From assembly GCF_018350175.1 (NCBI RefSeq), contig NC_058368.1, forward strand, positions 6,634,001 through 6,698,000: a DNA stretch of 64,000 nt, given 5' to 3'. Source of the stretch: Felis catus. Its lineage: Eukaryota. The notes beneath the pieces were generated by a model, which had not been told where the DNA came from, searched no databases, and saw only the letters and a program-made list of their open reading frames with translations. A program made the position numbers and the translations under genes. Below are positions 12,537 through 25,358 of this stretch, piece after piece (within the stretch, counting starts at the first letter, position 1; every line of letters starts with the position of its first letter).

Positions 12537-15500
12537 TAAGAATGAGATTCTTCCCAAACATAGATTTTTCTTTTATTGTTTTCTCTTGAGAAAATGAGAC
12601 TTAGAGACATCTTGAAGGGTGATTCATAGTGGCTCCATTTGCATAAAATCAAGGCTCAGAGCTTTAGTCTCCCAGGGGAAATGTTATGTGATGTGACATT
12701 ATTTGCTATGATTCACCACTGCATATCAAAGAGGAAAGACGGGCGGTGAGAGGCCCCCGATTGTGCGGGGAGCAGAAAGGGAAAGGGTGAAGAGGTCCTG
12801 TCAGGGCAGCATCGAGGAGTCAGCGGGCTGATGCAGACGGAGGTCCTGGAAGGTGAATTTGTCTTTTGCTGAAACACAAGTGAGTTCAGCTGGGGCAAAC
12901 AATAACCTTTAATGTATCTGAGTGTCTTTCCCCTTTTAGCTGGCCCTGGCAAATGCAGCTTGCCTGGCGGCAGGGATGGGAGTTTCTGGATCTTTACCCA
13001 ACCTTCCTGCTCCCCAGGAGGGCCATTCTTTGCTCCCCCACGGTGATGGCTGTGACTTTTGCCTGATGAAATTGCCATTGCTTTCCACCTCACCGTCCCC
13101 CGCCAGTTATGAAAAGAGGAATGCAATGTTTGCTTGGCACTTGTCAGCCCAGAATTGTGACTGAGTGAATTTCTGTAATCCTCTGTTGTCATGGAGACGT
13201 GGAAATAGAAGCCTCCATATTGGGTGCACCCAGGCAAAACCACAAGAAGGGGGCAGTTTGAACTAATGGTTTCCTCTGGCTCCTCTGACATTAAAATTCA
13301 GGCTCAGGAAGGCTCTTGCTTCGCGTAAATCACCCCGCAAGCAGGCTCAGATGTGTTGAGACCTTACCACTATGCTCACCGGCCCAAATGTGCCCATCCC
13401 AAACCATCATAAATCCTTCTTTCTCTTTCCCTCCACTCTTGCCTTCATTTCCCCCAAACACACTCTGTTGCATTTGACTGCCTTTAATGAAGGATTGTTT
13501 TAATGGGATCCCAGTTCCCTGAGAATTCCAGGTCCCTGATATTAAAGGAGCCCCTGGCTCTCTCTAACCTTTTCTCAAACAAAAGATGAAATGGGAATCC
13601 CAAGCTCCTGCCCAGAAGCATCCTCTTGGACAATTGGGATAGTGGATGTAAAAGCACATTCCTGAGAGCAAGGGTTGGTGAAGGAACTCTGTCTTGGGAA
13701 AAGAAGGTACCATTTATCACCTCTTTTGTTTCGGAAGGACAGCGGTGTTACAGGATACCAGGGGGAAAGTGGCAACCGTGCTCAGGTTGAGATTGGACCT
13801 GGGAAATGGAGGGGAGTAAAAAGACAAACCCCAAAGTCTGAATAAGCCAGAAATGCCCACTGGAGATAATCGGGGGGAAGTGGTCTGGGGTGAAGGCGGG
13901 GAGGTGCCCATGTTCATCACAGGTAGATAATCTGACAAGTGAGAAGCTAACAATAGGAAACAAGCTGTCTGGTTCGTAATCTCCTAGCCCAACTGAATTG
14001 AAATGTAGCTTTGCTCCTATCAACTGCAAGGGGTCACAGGGACAAACTTGGAAGCCATGGGTACATACAGGCTGGTGGGCTTATCCTGGCACTCCCACCT
14101 CTCATCCGGTGTGTTTTCCCTTCAGTGGTACTGCTCCTGAAGCTCTAAGTGACATAAGAAAGGCACCATGGCCCTCAAAAGAGCTTACAATGTAATAGGG
14201 TGGTTTAGACAATCAGTATCCTGGAGGGACGGAAAGAGGGCGGGGAAATGCTGGGGATGCTTTGAGGTGCTGTTCTGTGTCCACACTCAACCTCGGCTCC
14301 TGGGTCTAGTCTCTGCCCTGAAGTCCTCCATCTTCTTGGAAGGATTCTTTGTCCACGGGACACCCACACCCTAAAAGTTCGGCTGAACTTCAGCAACCAC
14401 TGGAGGGCCCTCCCTCCACCAGGGACCTTACCCACCAGGACCGGTCCATCTGTGAGCTGTGACTCCAGCATCCCGTCCTCCCCCTTACACCCTCCTTCTA
14501 GCCCTTTCGCTTTTGTACTGCTGATGCCTTTCTTCTTCCATCTCATCACATTGTGGGTCCCTAGACAAGCTGTGTTCTCTGTCTTCAGCTGCCCCACCCC
14601 CCGCCCCGGCTTCTGTTCCTTCCCTGTCAACCCAGAGTCTGTGTCCACCACTGCGACTTTCCTCTCCCCAACCCCCAGCCCTCTCCTGGCCTCCCACAGC
14701 ACCTGACCTGAAAAACCACAACCTTAAGGCAACCCAGCCATTGGGCTCCTTCAGCCCTATGCCCTGGCCCCTGAGCCCCGCTGGAGAAAATCATGCCCCG
14801 GGCACACCCTTGCTGCCACAGATGGTTCTCAGCGCAAGCCCTGCCCACCTCCTGCGTCAGCTCCCTTCTCCACCCACCCCGACCTGCTCATTAAAGTTAT
14901 CTATGTGCCCAAACCCTCCAACCCAAGTTTTCCCTCTCTTCCCTCCTAGCAGACAATTTTGCTTCCCATTTCGCTGAGAAAATGATCACCAAACAAGGAC
15001 TTTCCAAGCAGCCCCCTTCCAGGGAGTCTTACAGATCTGTCCCCGGTGGGCACCCGCCTCTGACTCCCTCTCCCTCTCCCCGCCCCCAGTCAGGTGGACA
15101 TGATCTTCTGCTGCCAGAGTTCATCTTCCCATCGGTGTTACTTCCTCCAAGATCTTGTTCAGTTAACCACTCCCATGCTGTTTGCTGAGGCTGCACCTGT
15201 AATCCTCCCTGAAGACTCTTTCCTTAAAGCCACATAAATAGTCTTATCTCTTCCATCTTTTAGAAAAACCAAACAACCTCAGTCCCCAATCCGCCACCCC
15301 CCACCGCCCCCTACCCTGCCAGCTACCATTCATTCTTGAGTGTGTTTCTTCCCAACATACTGCAAACCACTCTTCTAAAATTGCTCCTCTTAAATTTATC
15401 GATTGTTTCCATCTTTTATTTTGCTAAAGCCATTATCCACTCTCTCCTTTTCTTACTGAGCATTTAACACGCTCGCCTTGCATTTAGCGCTGATGATAGT

Positions 15501-16906
15501 TTCCTTCTTTTGAACCTACTGTATTCCTTCCTGTGGCTTCGGAGATGCCTCCCCTCTCTGGTTTTCTTATTTACTCTCTGGGCACTTGTTGAAAGTGCTT
15601 TTTATGTTATCCTCTTCCTCTGTTTACCGCTTAAATATCAATGTCCATCAAGTTTTCCTTTGGCCCTTTGCTTTTCTTACTGTACATATTCTCTCAGGGT
15701 GACCTTGCCAAGCCCATGGTCCTAGCTGATATTTACATTCTTTGACGCTCCTGAGCCCTTGCCTCCACTCTGATCACTTGTCTGTGATCAGGACCTATGA
15801 TTTATTCTTGAATGCTTACGTAAACCTCCACTGCTTCATAGGGCCTGGATTGGATTGTGGGAAGTGAGAGAGCTCTCCTAATTATTGGGTCAGCAATGAC
15901 TGAGTTCATATTGTTTTTTTATTTCCTTTAGCCATGCTCGTCTGATATACTTTGCCATTGGTTAATGGATCCCATTTTAATTCCACTTTTTTTTTTAACA
16001 ACCATGTCCCAAAAAGCAACAAGAAACCTAAAAACTATATCAGAACATGTCCCAGGTCTTCCGGAATACTGATCTTACGCCATAGGCAATGATAAACAGG
16101 CTGGCCATATTCGCTGCACTTTCCTACTGATGCTAAGGGGACTTGACATGGGCTTGGCAAAGCCCCCCAGATTAACTAAAAGAAATCAGGATCAAACCAC
16201 GCCGCGTCTGAGCCCAAAGAAGAAAGTGATTCTACAGGAATCTGGACAGACATGAAACCTTGTATATCAGACTCTGAAGAGCCATTTCTCATGGAGATTA
16301 TCTAAGGATCCTCTGGGAGTTTCGACTTCTGTGGTCTCTGTCTGCCCACCAAAGGCGCCAGACAGAAAAACAGTGCCTGGTTTGTAGTTCTAAGAACAGA
16401 GCAGCCTGCTCCCTGACTTTGTGAAGAGAAAATACGTTTGTGCGGGGGGGGGGCTGGAAGATGTGAAAAACTAATTTTGTTGCACAGAGTTTAGTCCTCA
16501 AGTACAGATAAAAAGATGAAGGCGATTTTCTAAATCCTCCTACTGGAATATTAATTTCAATCATGAAAACTAGCTCTGCACTGAAAAGACACTGTTTTAG
16601 GCGGGATTTTTCTTCCCACTGATTTTCTTTTTCAATGTCAAGCTTATGGAGAAAGGAATAAAATAGTTTGACGAACACCTGGATACCCTTCACCTAATTT
16701 CTCCAATTTTTAACAAGTTACGGTGGTCTGGGTTGTTAATATACGTGCTTTTTTTTTTATAGTATTGGCAGCTTTGTGTTCATTTATGATGTACACAATT
16801 GAAAACAAAGGGTTATTGAGGACAAGCACACAGGGGCCAGACACTGCCCCAGGCAGTGGGGACACTGGGGACAAAGACACACAAAATCCTCATCCTTGTG
16901 GAACTT

Positions 16907-17058
16907 GGGTTCTCGAGCCCCGAGTCGGGCTCCCTGCTGACAGCTCGGAGCCTGGAGCCTGCTTTGGAATCTGTGTCTCCCTCTCTCTCCGCCCCTCCCC
17001 TGTTCATGCTCTGTCTCTCTCTGTCTACAAAATAAATAAACATTTTGAAAAAATAAAA
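16907..17058 (+). mobile_element. 5'-truncated Can-SINE
   Basis: Body from tcgagcccc through the CT-rich segment and aataaataaacatt tail. Confidence 0.9.
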
Positions 17059-19633
17059 GAAAGAAATATAGCATGAATACAATGTAATTTGAGGTAATAA
17101 AAGCACTTAACTAGGTTTTGAATGCCTATCAGCCAATTAGCCAACCTACGAAATTTGATCATGTTATTCAAAATATGTGTGACTGCCTTTTAGAACCGGG
17201 TCAGAGGGCAGTTGGGAGCCCACGCAGGGCCAGCAAACACAGGAGCTGCAGAGCCCCAGGGCCAGTTAATACTTCCTTTGACAAGTTTGCCTGAGAAGGG
17301 CAGACTGAGGGCCAGGCTGGCAGTGGAGGGGGTTGGGGAGACTCTATCCAGCGTGGAAGTGGATCCCACATCAACACTGGGTGTTCCTGAAATGCAGTGG
17401 GGATCGCAGTGGAGAAGAAGCTATGGCGGGTGGGGGAGGAAGGGAAGAGGGAGGAGGAACAATCCAAGACCTCAGGGCCCTGAGAAAGTACAAGAGACTG
17501 GGAACCAAAGCCAAGAGGGGCAGTCAGCCTTTGCGCCCCCATGGAAGGAGGAGGAAGGGGAACCAGCTGGGAGCGCTGGCAGCTTCCCTGACTTAGGAAT
17601 AAAAGCTTTGAGAGTTCCCAACTAGCTCCTCCACAGACCAGGAAGCGAAGATGTCACCCGAGGGTAGGAACAGAAGAGAAAGCCTGGGTGGTTCACCTTG
17701 AAGAATTGGAGAGCGAGGTGACAGGATTTCTGCTGGTGCTCGGGGAAACTTTTTGTGATCGAATCTGCATGTGTCATTTTAGAAACTCCCACCTGCATTT
17801 TGATGGAAGGGAATCAAAAGTGCCAAACCCCGCTCCCACCTCCCTGCAGCCTCCGTCAGAAGTTGCAATGAACTGGGTCCTGCTCTTGTCAGACATATAA
17901 ATGGGTGGTTTTGCAGCCCCGGCCTGCCTTTCAGGCTCCTGGATCCCCTAGCAAGGAGGGGGCAGGGTTAGGTGGCTGGGCTCACCAGATGAGAGATCAG
18001 TGCCAGTCCCTAAACTGGGCAGTGAGTGAACATAGGGTGCCGGGTGGGGCAGGGACTGGCTTCCGTTTTCAAGTAGCGTGGTGGGGTCCCTGGGGCTTTC
18101 TCCCCTGCAGCAGTGAAAGTTGTAGCTTATTAGAAAGGGAAAGTCCTGGATGAATATTGAGTACAGCCCATGCAAATGCTTAATTAGAATGAGTTTTTAA
18201 AAATCCTACTGTAGCTGGCTGATTCAAATGTAGGAGAAGGGCTATATTTATCACCCCCTCCAGTCCCAGGTAGCTCATTAAGAAGAAAACGAAAGGTTCT
18301 AAATTTTAACAATCCTTCCTTCGGCAAAGCTCTGCAGATTGATCACTAAAGATATTTCCATTTAATGTATAGCAAAGCCTTTCCTTGGAAGCCATGTGTA
18401 AGGGGCTGAGGGAGAGGGGAAATGGGTGGATGGTAATGGATTTGCGGATGAGGAAGGGAAAGAGAAGGGAACTGGGGTTTTTGTAGTGACCTACAAGTGA
18501 CATTCTAAGTTCATCCTCGTAACCACCACAGACCGCAGCAGCCTCTCCCCTACCACTGTCCTCGCCTGGGTCCCCTAGAAGTGACCTGCTTCACACGAGA
18601 GTCAGACGGTTGGGTCAGTTGCTTGAAGATCCAGAGGTAATAAGAGAAGGATCTTCCTGTCTCCAAAGCCAGCCTGTTTTGAACTGACTATGCCACGTGG
18701 AGTCCCGGAGTTGAAAGGACGGTCTCAAGAAAAACAGTGTATGTCTCATCTTCTGGTTCATTGATGTGAAATTCTGCCATGAGGTCTCTGCTAATGCCCC
18801 CAGCATCCTGCTGGGTTGGTTGGTGTTTGGGGATGAGTAAGATACGTTCCCGCCTGCAAGAGTGCAGAGAGCCCCAAATATATCTGGCACCCACTTCGTG
18901 GAGCCAATGCTCCGCGAAGGAACGAGAAGAAGAATGTGAGTCCCTGCCTTCAAGGTGTTTCCCTGGGAAGACATCCAGAATTGTCCAAGAACAAGCCAAC
19001 ACCTTATATGCCTGTTAGTTTATGTAGATGTTAGAGCATATGGGACAGGTACCTGTTCCAGGGTGACAAGGGAAGTGGGCGACGGCAGAGGACCCAGCTG
19101 CTGGGACAGGGTTTCTGCAGGAATGAAGTCACAACTGGATGGTGTACCTAGTGGGGCCATGAAGGGCCCCTGCTGAAGCGGGGCTTCCCTCTGGGGCCGC
19201 TCACTTGATGTAATAGAAAAGTAAAATTGGGTGATCGAGCCCTGATTCTGCTACTCACTGCTGGATGACCTTGACTATGTAGTTAACCCCTTTGGCCGAG
19301 ACTTTGTTATTGCTTTCTCATCTACAATGAGGAAATGGAGTGTGATAGGCCTTTTTTTAACGCCATAGTTAAAGAAAATGGAGTAAGGACAAAAATAACT
19401 AAGAGGAGAATGATTTCCTGAGGGAGCGTAGGAGTTTCCACATTGAAAGGACTCACTGAAAATCAAACCATTTTAATAAGAAAAAAAAAACACCCACATC
19501 TACCCTCATCCTGGTAAAACTCCAGGACTTTAGCAAAGAGGGATGAAAACACCTGGCTCACATAAAAACAAGACTGAAAAGATGACATCCGTCTTGTCGA
19601 TGACAACAAAAACATTGCTTAATATTCTGAAAG

Positions 19634-19719
19634 TCACGTGGGGCTCGAACCCACAAACCACGAGATCGTGACCTGAGCCGAGGTCAGACGCTCACCTGAC
19701 TCAGCCCCCCAGGCGCCCC
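19634..19719 (-). mobile_element. Can-SINE 5' (tRNA-like) fragment
   Basis: gggctcgaacccac...gagatcgtgacctgagccg...caggcgcccc with no tail. Confidence 0.85.
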
Positions 19720-20743
19720 AAAACCACGCAACTTTTAACGCACAACCTACTGGTACACACGACAACAGGGGATAATCGCAGCGTCAATATGTTGAATGAA
19801 AGAAGGCAAACGTGGAGTAGACACTAATCGATTTTTATGACTTCAGAACAGGCAAAACAAATTGATGGCAATGGAGACCACAATAGTTTTCTGAACTGAT
19901 GAGGCAATAGCATTGACCCAGAAGGGAACTTCCTGGGTAATGGAAATAAATATTCTGTATCTTAATATGGGGGGTGGTCACCTACAAAAACCCATCCTGC
20001 TGTATGCTTATGATGGGTTTTCCTTACTGTATCCAAATGATACCTCACTACCCCCCCCCCCAAAAAAAAAGGTTAAGGCAAAAATAAATCGTCAAACAAA
20101 TCGAAGTGAAAGATAGACATATGCACGGGCTCAGATAAAGTTGTGCATTTTTGCAAACTATGACAAACAAAATTATCCACCGATGCACACCAGCAAAAGA
20201 GGAAATGAACCAAAGATGGGGAAATATACGGGAAATAAGCAGTAAACACTGAGGTAGCTATGGATTAAGGAAAACCATTTTAACCTGATGCTTGGATGAT
20301 TCTTCTTTGAGAGGAAAGATTTCCGTGGCAAAAAAAAAAAAAAAATTCTATTTCCTTTCTTAGACATTCAGTAACACTCTCATTTATGAAATTGTTTTTA
20401 GCAGGCGATTAACTATTACAAAGAATCAAAATAACCTCATCATACCAAAAATCGGGGAAGAGAGGAGATGATGAGATGTCCTATGAGACCCAATCCCTTA
20501 TCTTTCAGAGCAGGTTGTTTACAGATACTGTTCTCTATCTGTGCACAATCTGCTGTGAAAGATAAGAGAGTTATAAGTAACAATCAGAAGAGCTTTAGAA
20601 AATAAGCAAAGAGAGAAGAAGGCAGTCAGCTTCCCAAGAATGAGTCCTGAGATGGAATTGTAAGGACAGAAGAATTTACCTTTGATTGTGTTTATGCCCT
20701 CCTGTGGGCTTAGTTATGTTGAGTATATCCATAGGTTATTTGG

Positions 20744-20930
20744 GGAAGGAAGGAAGGAAGGAAGGAAGGAAGGAAGGAAGGAAGGAAGGAAGGAGGGGGG
20801 GAGGGAGGAAGGAAGGAAGGAAGGAAGGAAAGGAGGAGGGGAGAGGAAGGAAGGGAAGGAGGAGGGAGGAGGGAGGGAGGAAAGAGAGGAGAAAGAATGG
20901 AGGCGAGGAGACAAGGAGAAAGGAAGAAAG
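20744..20930. repeat. (GGAA)n / purine-rich low-complexity tract
   Basis: Pure GGAA repeats decaying into an almost all-purine tract. Confidence 0.95.
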
Positions 20931-22446
20931 ACAGACCACATCTGTTCTGCCCGAGGAGCTCTGAGATGAAGTGTTAAGCCGGCAGAAGTGGGTCAGAGCT
21001 GGAAACTAGAGCTTCTTAGAAATGCATTTGAATGATCATTTCAGTGGAAAGGCAAAAACATACATAGTCTTCTACCTATAAGGATCCATGATGGAGAGAG
21101 TGGAAGAAATTGAGGCTCAGGAGGTTTGAGAACTGAGAGACCAGAGGAGACTGAGACCAGAGGTGGAAGGGTAAAGAACGCTGCCTTACCTCTGGGGACC
21201 AGTTTTCTGGACAGGAGGTGAATCTCTAAGGTCCTCTATGGTTCAGACGACACTTTTAGACATTAGACACCATCTGAGAGAATAAAGTCCCTCAACACCT
21301 GCCCCCCTCCCGCCCCCCGCCCCACCATCATTCATTCTACAGAGACTTATCGAGTCCGACTCTGGCCGGCACAGCACGGCCTTGGGATGAATAGTGAGAA
21401 AGCCCCACGGTGGTGCTACCCTCATGGAGCGTGAGCCAGGGCGATGTCAGTGAGGACGGAAAAAAGACCCAAGAGGCCTGTGCACAAGAAGGAAGAGATA
21501 GCACGTGGCCAGGAGAGCGAGAGAGGACCTGTTTTCCAAACCTGGCTTAGCCACGTGCAAGTTAGCTGACCTCGGTCTCCTAACTATAAACTAGGGACAG
21601 CAGTGGTAAAGGGCTGAGAACAAGGCCAGCCAGGCTCACAGTAAGCGCTCCAAAAGAGTCAATGACAGCTTACTTAGGACACGAGGTAGGACCACGAAGT
21701 GCCAGGTGCCACCGCCCAGGGCTTGGGGATCCAAGGAGGGAGCAATCAAGTCAGGTCTGAAACGCTCCACGGCGAGGTGGGTGGCCCTACTCTTGCTTTT
21801 AGATAAGCCAGCTGGAGCCCGAAACTGCCCGAAGGCATCTGGGCCAGGGCGGCAGAGGGTAAGGGATACAGAGGGAGGCCTGCTGTCCTGAGCCTCATCC
21901 CCCTCTGGCTCATCCACGGGCGTCCCACTGCTGGTCCTTTCTCAACAACCCCCCCTCCTGTTTCCAGGACACAAAGACTGTGTCTCTTTCAGCCGGGCCC
22001 CCAGCTCCCCCACTGCTGCAGGCCAGGCCGGGGAAGGTGCCTGAGCTCCAAGGGGACACCCTGGGGGCTCAGAATCAGAGGAAGGGAAGGCTCTGTGATG
22101 AAGCGGTGCTGCTCTGGACAGGTGGTCCCGGCTCTCTGTGCAGCAAAGGCTAGCTTTTGTCAAGGTCAGGGTAGTAAGCATGCCCATCTTTCTCTGGAGG
22201 CTATATGCCTACTGATAAGTGGGGCTGGCTCGGGAGAGACCCACTTCTCCCTGTAACACCGCGTCTTCCTGTTCAGAACCATCTCTTCCATTCCAGGAGC
22301 CTCAGTCCCAGCTCTGGGTCCTGAAGGCCTGGTGCCTGGGCACACTGAGGACCAGACCTTCTCACCCAGACCTTCTCAGAGGCCCTTTTCACCCAGACCT
22401 TCTCAGAGGCCCAAGAAACATCTTAATTCAAGAATCATCCCTTTCA

Positions 22447-22832
22447 GGGGCACCTGGGTGGCTCAGTTGGTTAAGCATTCCAGTCTTGATTTCAGCTCAG
22501 GTCACCATCTCATGGATCGTGAGATTGAGTCCCTCGTAGGGCTTTGTGCTGATGGCGCAAAGCTTGCTTGGGATTCTCTTTCTCTCCCTCTTTCTCTGCC
22601 CCTCCCCCATGCTCTCGTGAGCTCCCTCTCTCTCAAAATAAATAAATAAACATTTAAAAAAAAGGAGGGGGCGCCTGGGTGGCTCAGTCAGTTGAGCGTC
22701 CGACTTCAGCTCAGGTCATGATCTCACAGTTCTAGGGTTCGGGCCCGCGTCAGGCTCTGTGCTGACAGCTCAGAGCCTGAAGCCTGCTTCGGATTCTGTG
22801 TCTCTCCCATCTCTCTGCCCCTCCCCTGCTTG

Positions 22833-22882
<50 letters not shown>

Positions 22883-22915
22883 AATGAATAAACATTTAAA
22901 CATTTTTTTAAAAAA
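22447..22915 (+). mobile_element. Two tandem Can-SINEs (22447-22663 and 22668-22915)
   Basis: Two heads and two tails; outer TSD-like tcatccctttca (22435-22446) and tcatctctttca (22919-22930). Confidence 0.95.
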
Positions 22916-23493
22916 GGCTCATCTCTTTCAGACTTCTCTAAGCATTTTCAAGTGCCGGGGGGGATTTTCCCCTTCTGGGGTAGCAGGCTGTTCTCACACA
23001 CCATTTCCTGCTCTCCCCATACACCATGTCTTGCGATAACACTCAACGTTGACAGGGCCAATGACCGATGGTTGTTCTTCTCATATAAATGGAAGCTTTT
23101 GAATTTGGAACTTTTCTGCATCGATGAAGTCTGGCTTTCAAGACTACTGTTTCTTTGGATTGAAGACTCTCTAATTGGAGACTCAAAATGCATAAGGATT
23201 TCTTTCTTCAAGGTGATATCCACCTTCTCCCCCCACCGCCACTAAATCGCATTGCTTCAATACGCAAAAAGCCACGGAAAAATACACAACACATCAGTGT
23301 AATACTTTAAGAGTGCACACACCCTCTTCCCATGACACAAACTACTTCAAAGCAGATTATTTAGCAGTGAATGAAAGTACCAGTTTCCAGGTCCCAGGCC
23401 CAAGATGGCAGGCAAGCCCACTTAGGTATTGGCCTGTGGATCCCTTTGTCCTCTGCAAGAGGCTGAAGTCGATCTCTGCTGCCCCCTATGGCA

Positions 23494-23926
23494 CAGGAGG
23501 CCCTCCCCCAACCATATCCTGGGCTTGCTCTGTGAGGTTTCAGTCACCCGGGGTCAACCACGGTCCAGAAACAGATGATCCCCCCTCTCACTCATGGTCA
23601 AAAGGTGGCCTAGCACTAGGTCACAATGCCCACACCATTCACCTCACTCGTAGCCTTTGTATCAAAGGAGGAAGGGTGAATGCAGTACAATAAGATATTT
23701 TGAGAGAGGGAGAGACCACATCCACATAACTTTTATTATAGTATATTATAATCGTTCTAATTAGTTCTTGTTAGTGTAGTGTTCTAGTTTAGGAATTACA
23801 CTTTATCACGGATTTGTGCTTACAGAAAAAAATGTAGTCCATATGGGGTCTGGTACTCTCCATGGTTTCAGGCATCCACTGGGGGGTCTTGGAACATGTT
23901 CCCCGTGGATCAGGAAGGACTCCTGT
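23494..23926. mobile_element. MER44-like TcMar-Tigger DNA transposon
   Basis: ggtttcagtcacccggggtcaaccacggtcc at the left; ggtttcaggcatccactggggggtcttggaacatgttccccgtggat at the right. Confidence 0.8.
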
Positions 23927-24541
23927 GTGCGGGGCCATTGTCATTGTCAAGAAAGAGCCCTGAGATGCATTGGGGGGGGGGGGGGTAGGCAGCACGCTGA
24001 TTGTAAGTGAGACCCGCCACGGGGACAACAGCTAACTTAACAGTGTTCCCCCCCCCCCAAAGTCAGGCTGCTGCAGCAAGGCTGTCCCCTCCTGTATGAC
24101 AGGGTGGGGCATTTGTACAAGATGCCAGCAAAGCTAGTAATTCTGGGGAGAGGGCCCTGGATGACGATAAGGTTGGAAACGGGTTTAGCGGTGTAAATGG
24201 AGCCCCAGTGCCTCTGCTCTGCAAGCCCGGCTGCCACCCGAGGGTCGATATTCCTCCAGTGCACAGAGGCCAAGAGGAAGCAGAACCCATCAGATTTCAC
24301 CGAACTGTGGACCGCAAGACTCAGAAATGCAAGTTCAGGCGGGTGGCCCAGAGGAGAGAGAGAGAGAGAGCAAGGTAGGCATCAGCCTGAGCCAGGGCTG
24401 GGCCACTGGTTGGCAGAGGAGGGAGTCGCTCACAGGCTGGCCTCCACCCTGCCCACCAACAAGCTTTTCATTGTAGGAAAACGTTCATACCATCTAAGCC
24501 TAGACAGACGGTGCTGGGGGCCATAGTCCCTGAGCCATGGG

Positions 24542-24560
24542 CTGCGCCCTCTAGTGTCCG
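24542..24560 (-). promoter_or_regulatory. CTCF-like motif
   Basis: Minus strand CGGACACTAGAGGGCGCAG is close to the CTCF core consensus. Confidence 0.6.
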
Positions 24561-24974
24561 AGGCTGCCGGACCTTTCCTTGTTTGGATCCTCCTGGAGGG
24601 CGGTAGGGCAGGCATCTGTAAGTTGATTGTAGAAGGGACAGAGGTTGGGGGGTCTGCGCACCCAGGGAGTGGGAGAATTAAGACTCAGACAGGGAATGTG
24701 CTGGGGACACAGTGGCTGCTGCTTGCCAAGGACCCCGGAGGTTTGAATGAAGGGCTCACACCAGGATGAGAGTAAACCCCAGTGCTCTCCTCTGCCCCAG
24801 TGCCCACCTAGTCAGCCTGGCCTGCCATTACTGCCCCTGTCCACACGTTCTATGCTCATTTACAACATCAGACTACGCTTGCGTGGCCCACAACCGGAGG
24901 GCCTACTTACAAGTTCAGCCCATGCCTTGTGGGGTAGAAGCTTGACTTGGGGGCTCTGCCCATGATATTCCTTG

Positions 24975-25358
24975 TTGGGCAGGGCACTGCCCCCAAATTT
25001 CCAAGCACTTATCAACCCCGAAGCTCTCCAAACCCTATTCTCTTGGGGTTTTATGGAGGGTTCATGACATAGGCACGACTGATTAAGTCGTTGGTCGTTA
25101 GTAATTGATTTAACCTCTAGCCCCCCTCCCCTCCCAGAGATCAGGGGGAGGGACTGAAAGTCCCAGCCCTCTCATCCCTCCACCCGTTTTCCTGGGAACC
25201 AGCCCCATCCTTAGGTGTATTCCCAAAGTGGCCTCGTTAGCAAAACACAAGACTCCTGCAGAGGGAGCTCTCTTAGGCAATTCTAAGGGTTTTAGGAGCT
25301 CTCCCAGAACTGGGGGAAGACCCAACCTACATTTCTTATTATAAATCACAGTATCACA
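24975..25358 (-). mobile_element. MER21/CarLTR-like ERV LTR
   Basis: gaagctctccaaaccct...ggttttatggagg...tgattaagtc...ctgaaagtcccagccctct...ttcttattataaatcacagtatcaca. Confidence 0.75.

Noticed and set aside
12713..13291. 192-aa minus-strand ORF
   Set aside because: No protein-family resemblance or exon structure that I can support.
20682..20969. Repetitive EGRK / FLPS ORFs
   Set aside because: Translations of the (GGAA)n repeat.
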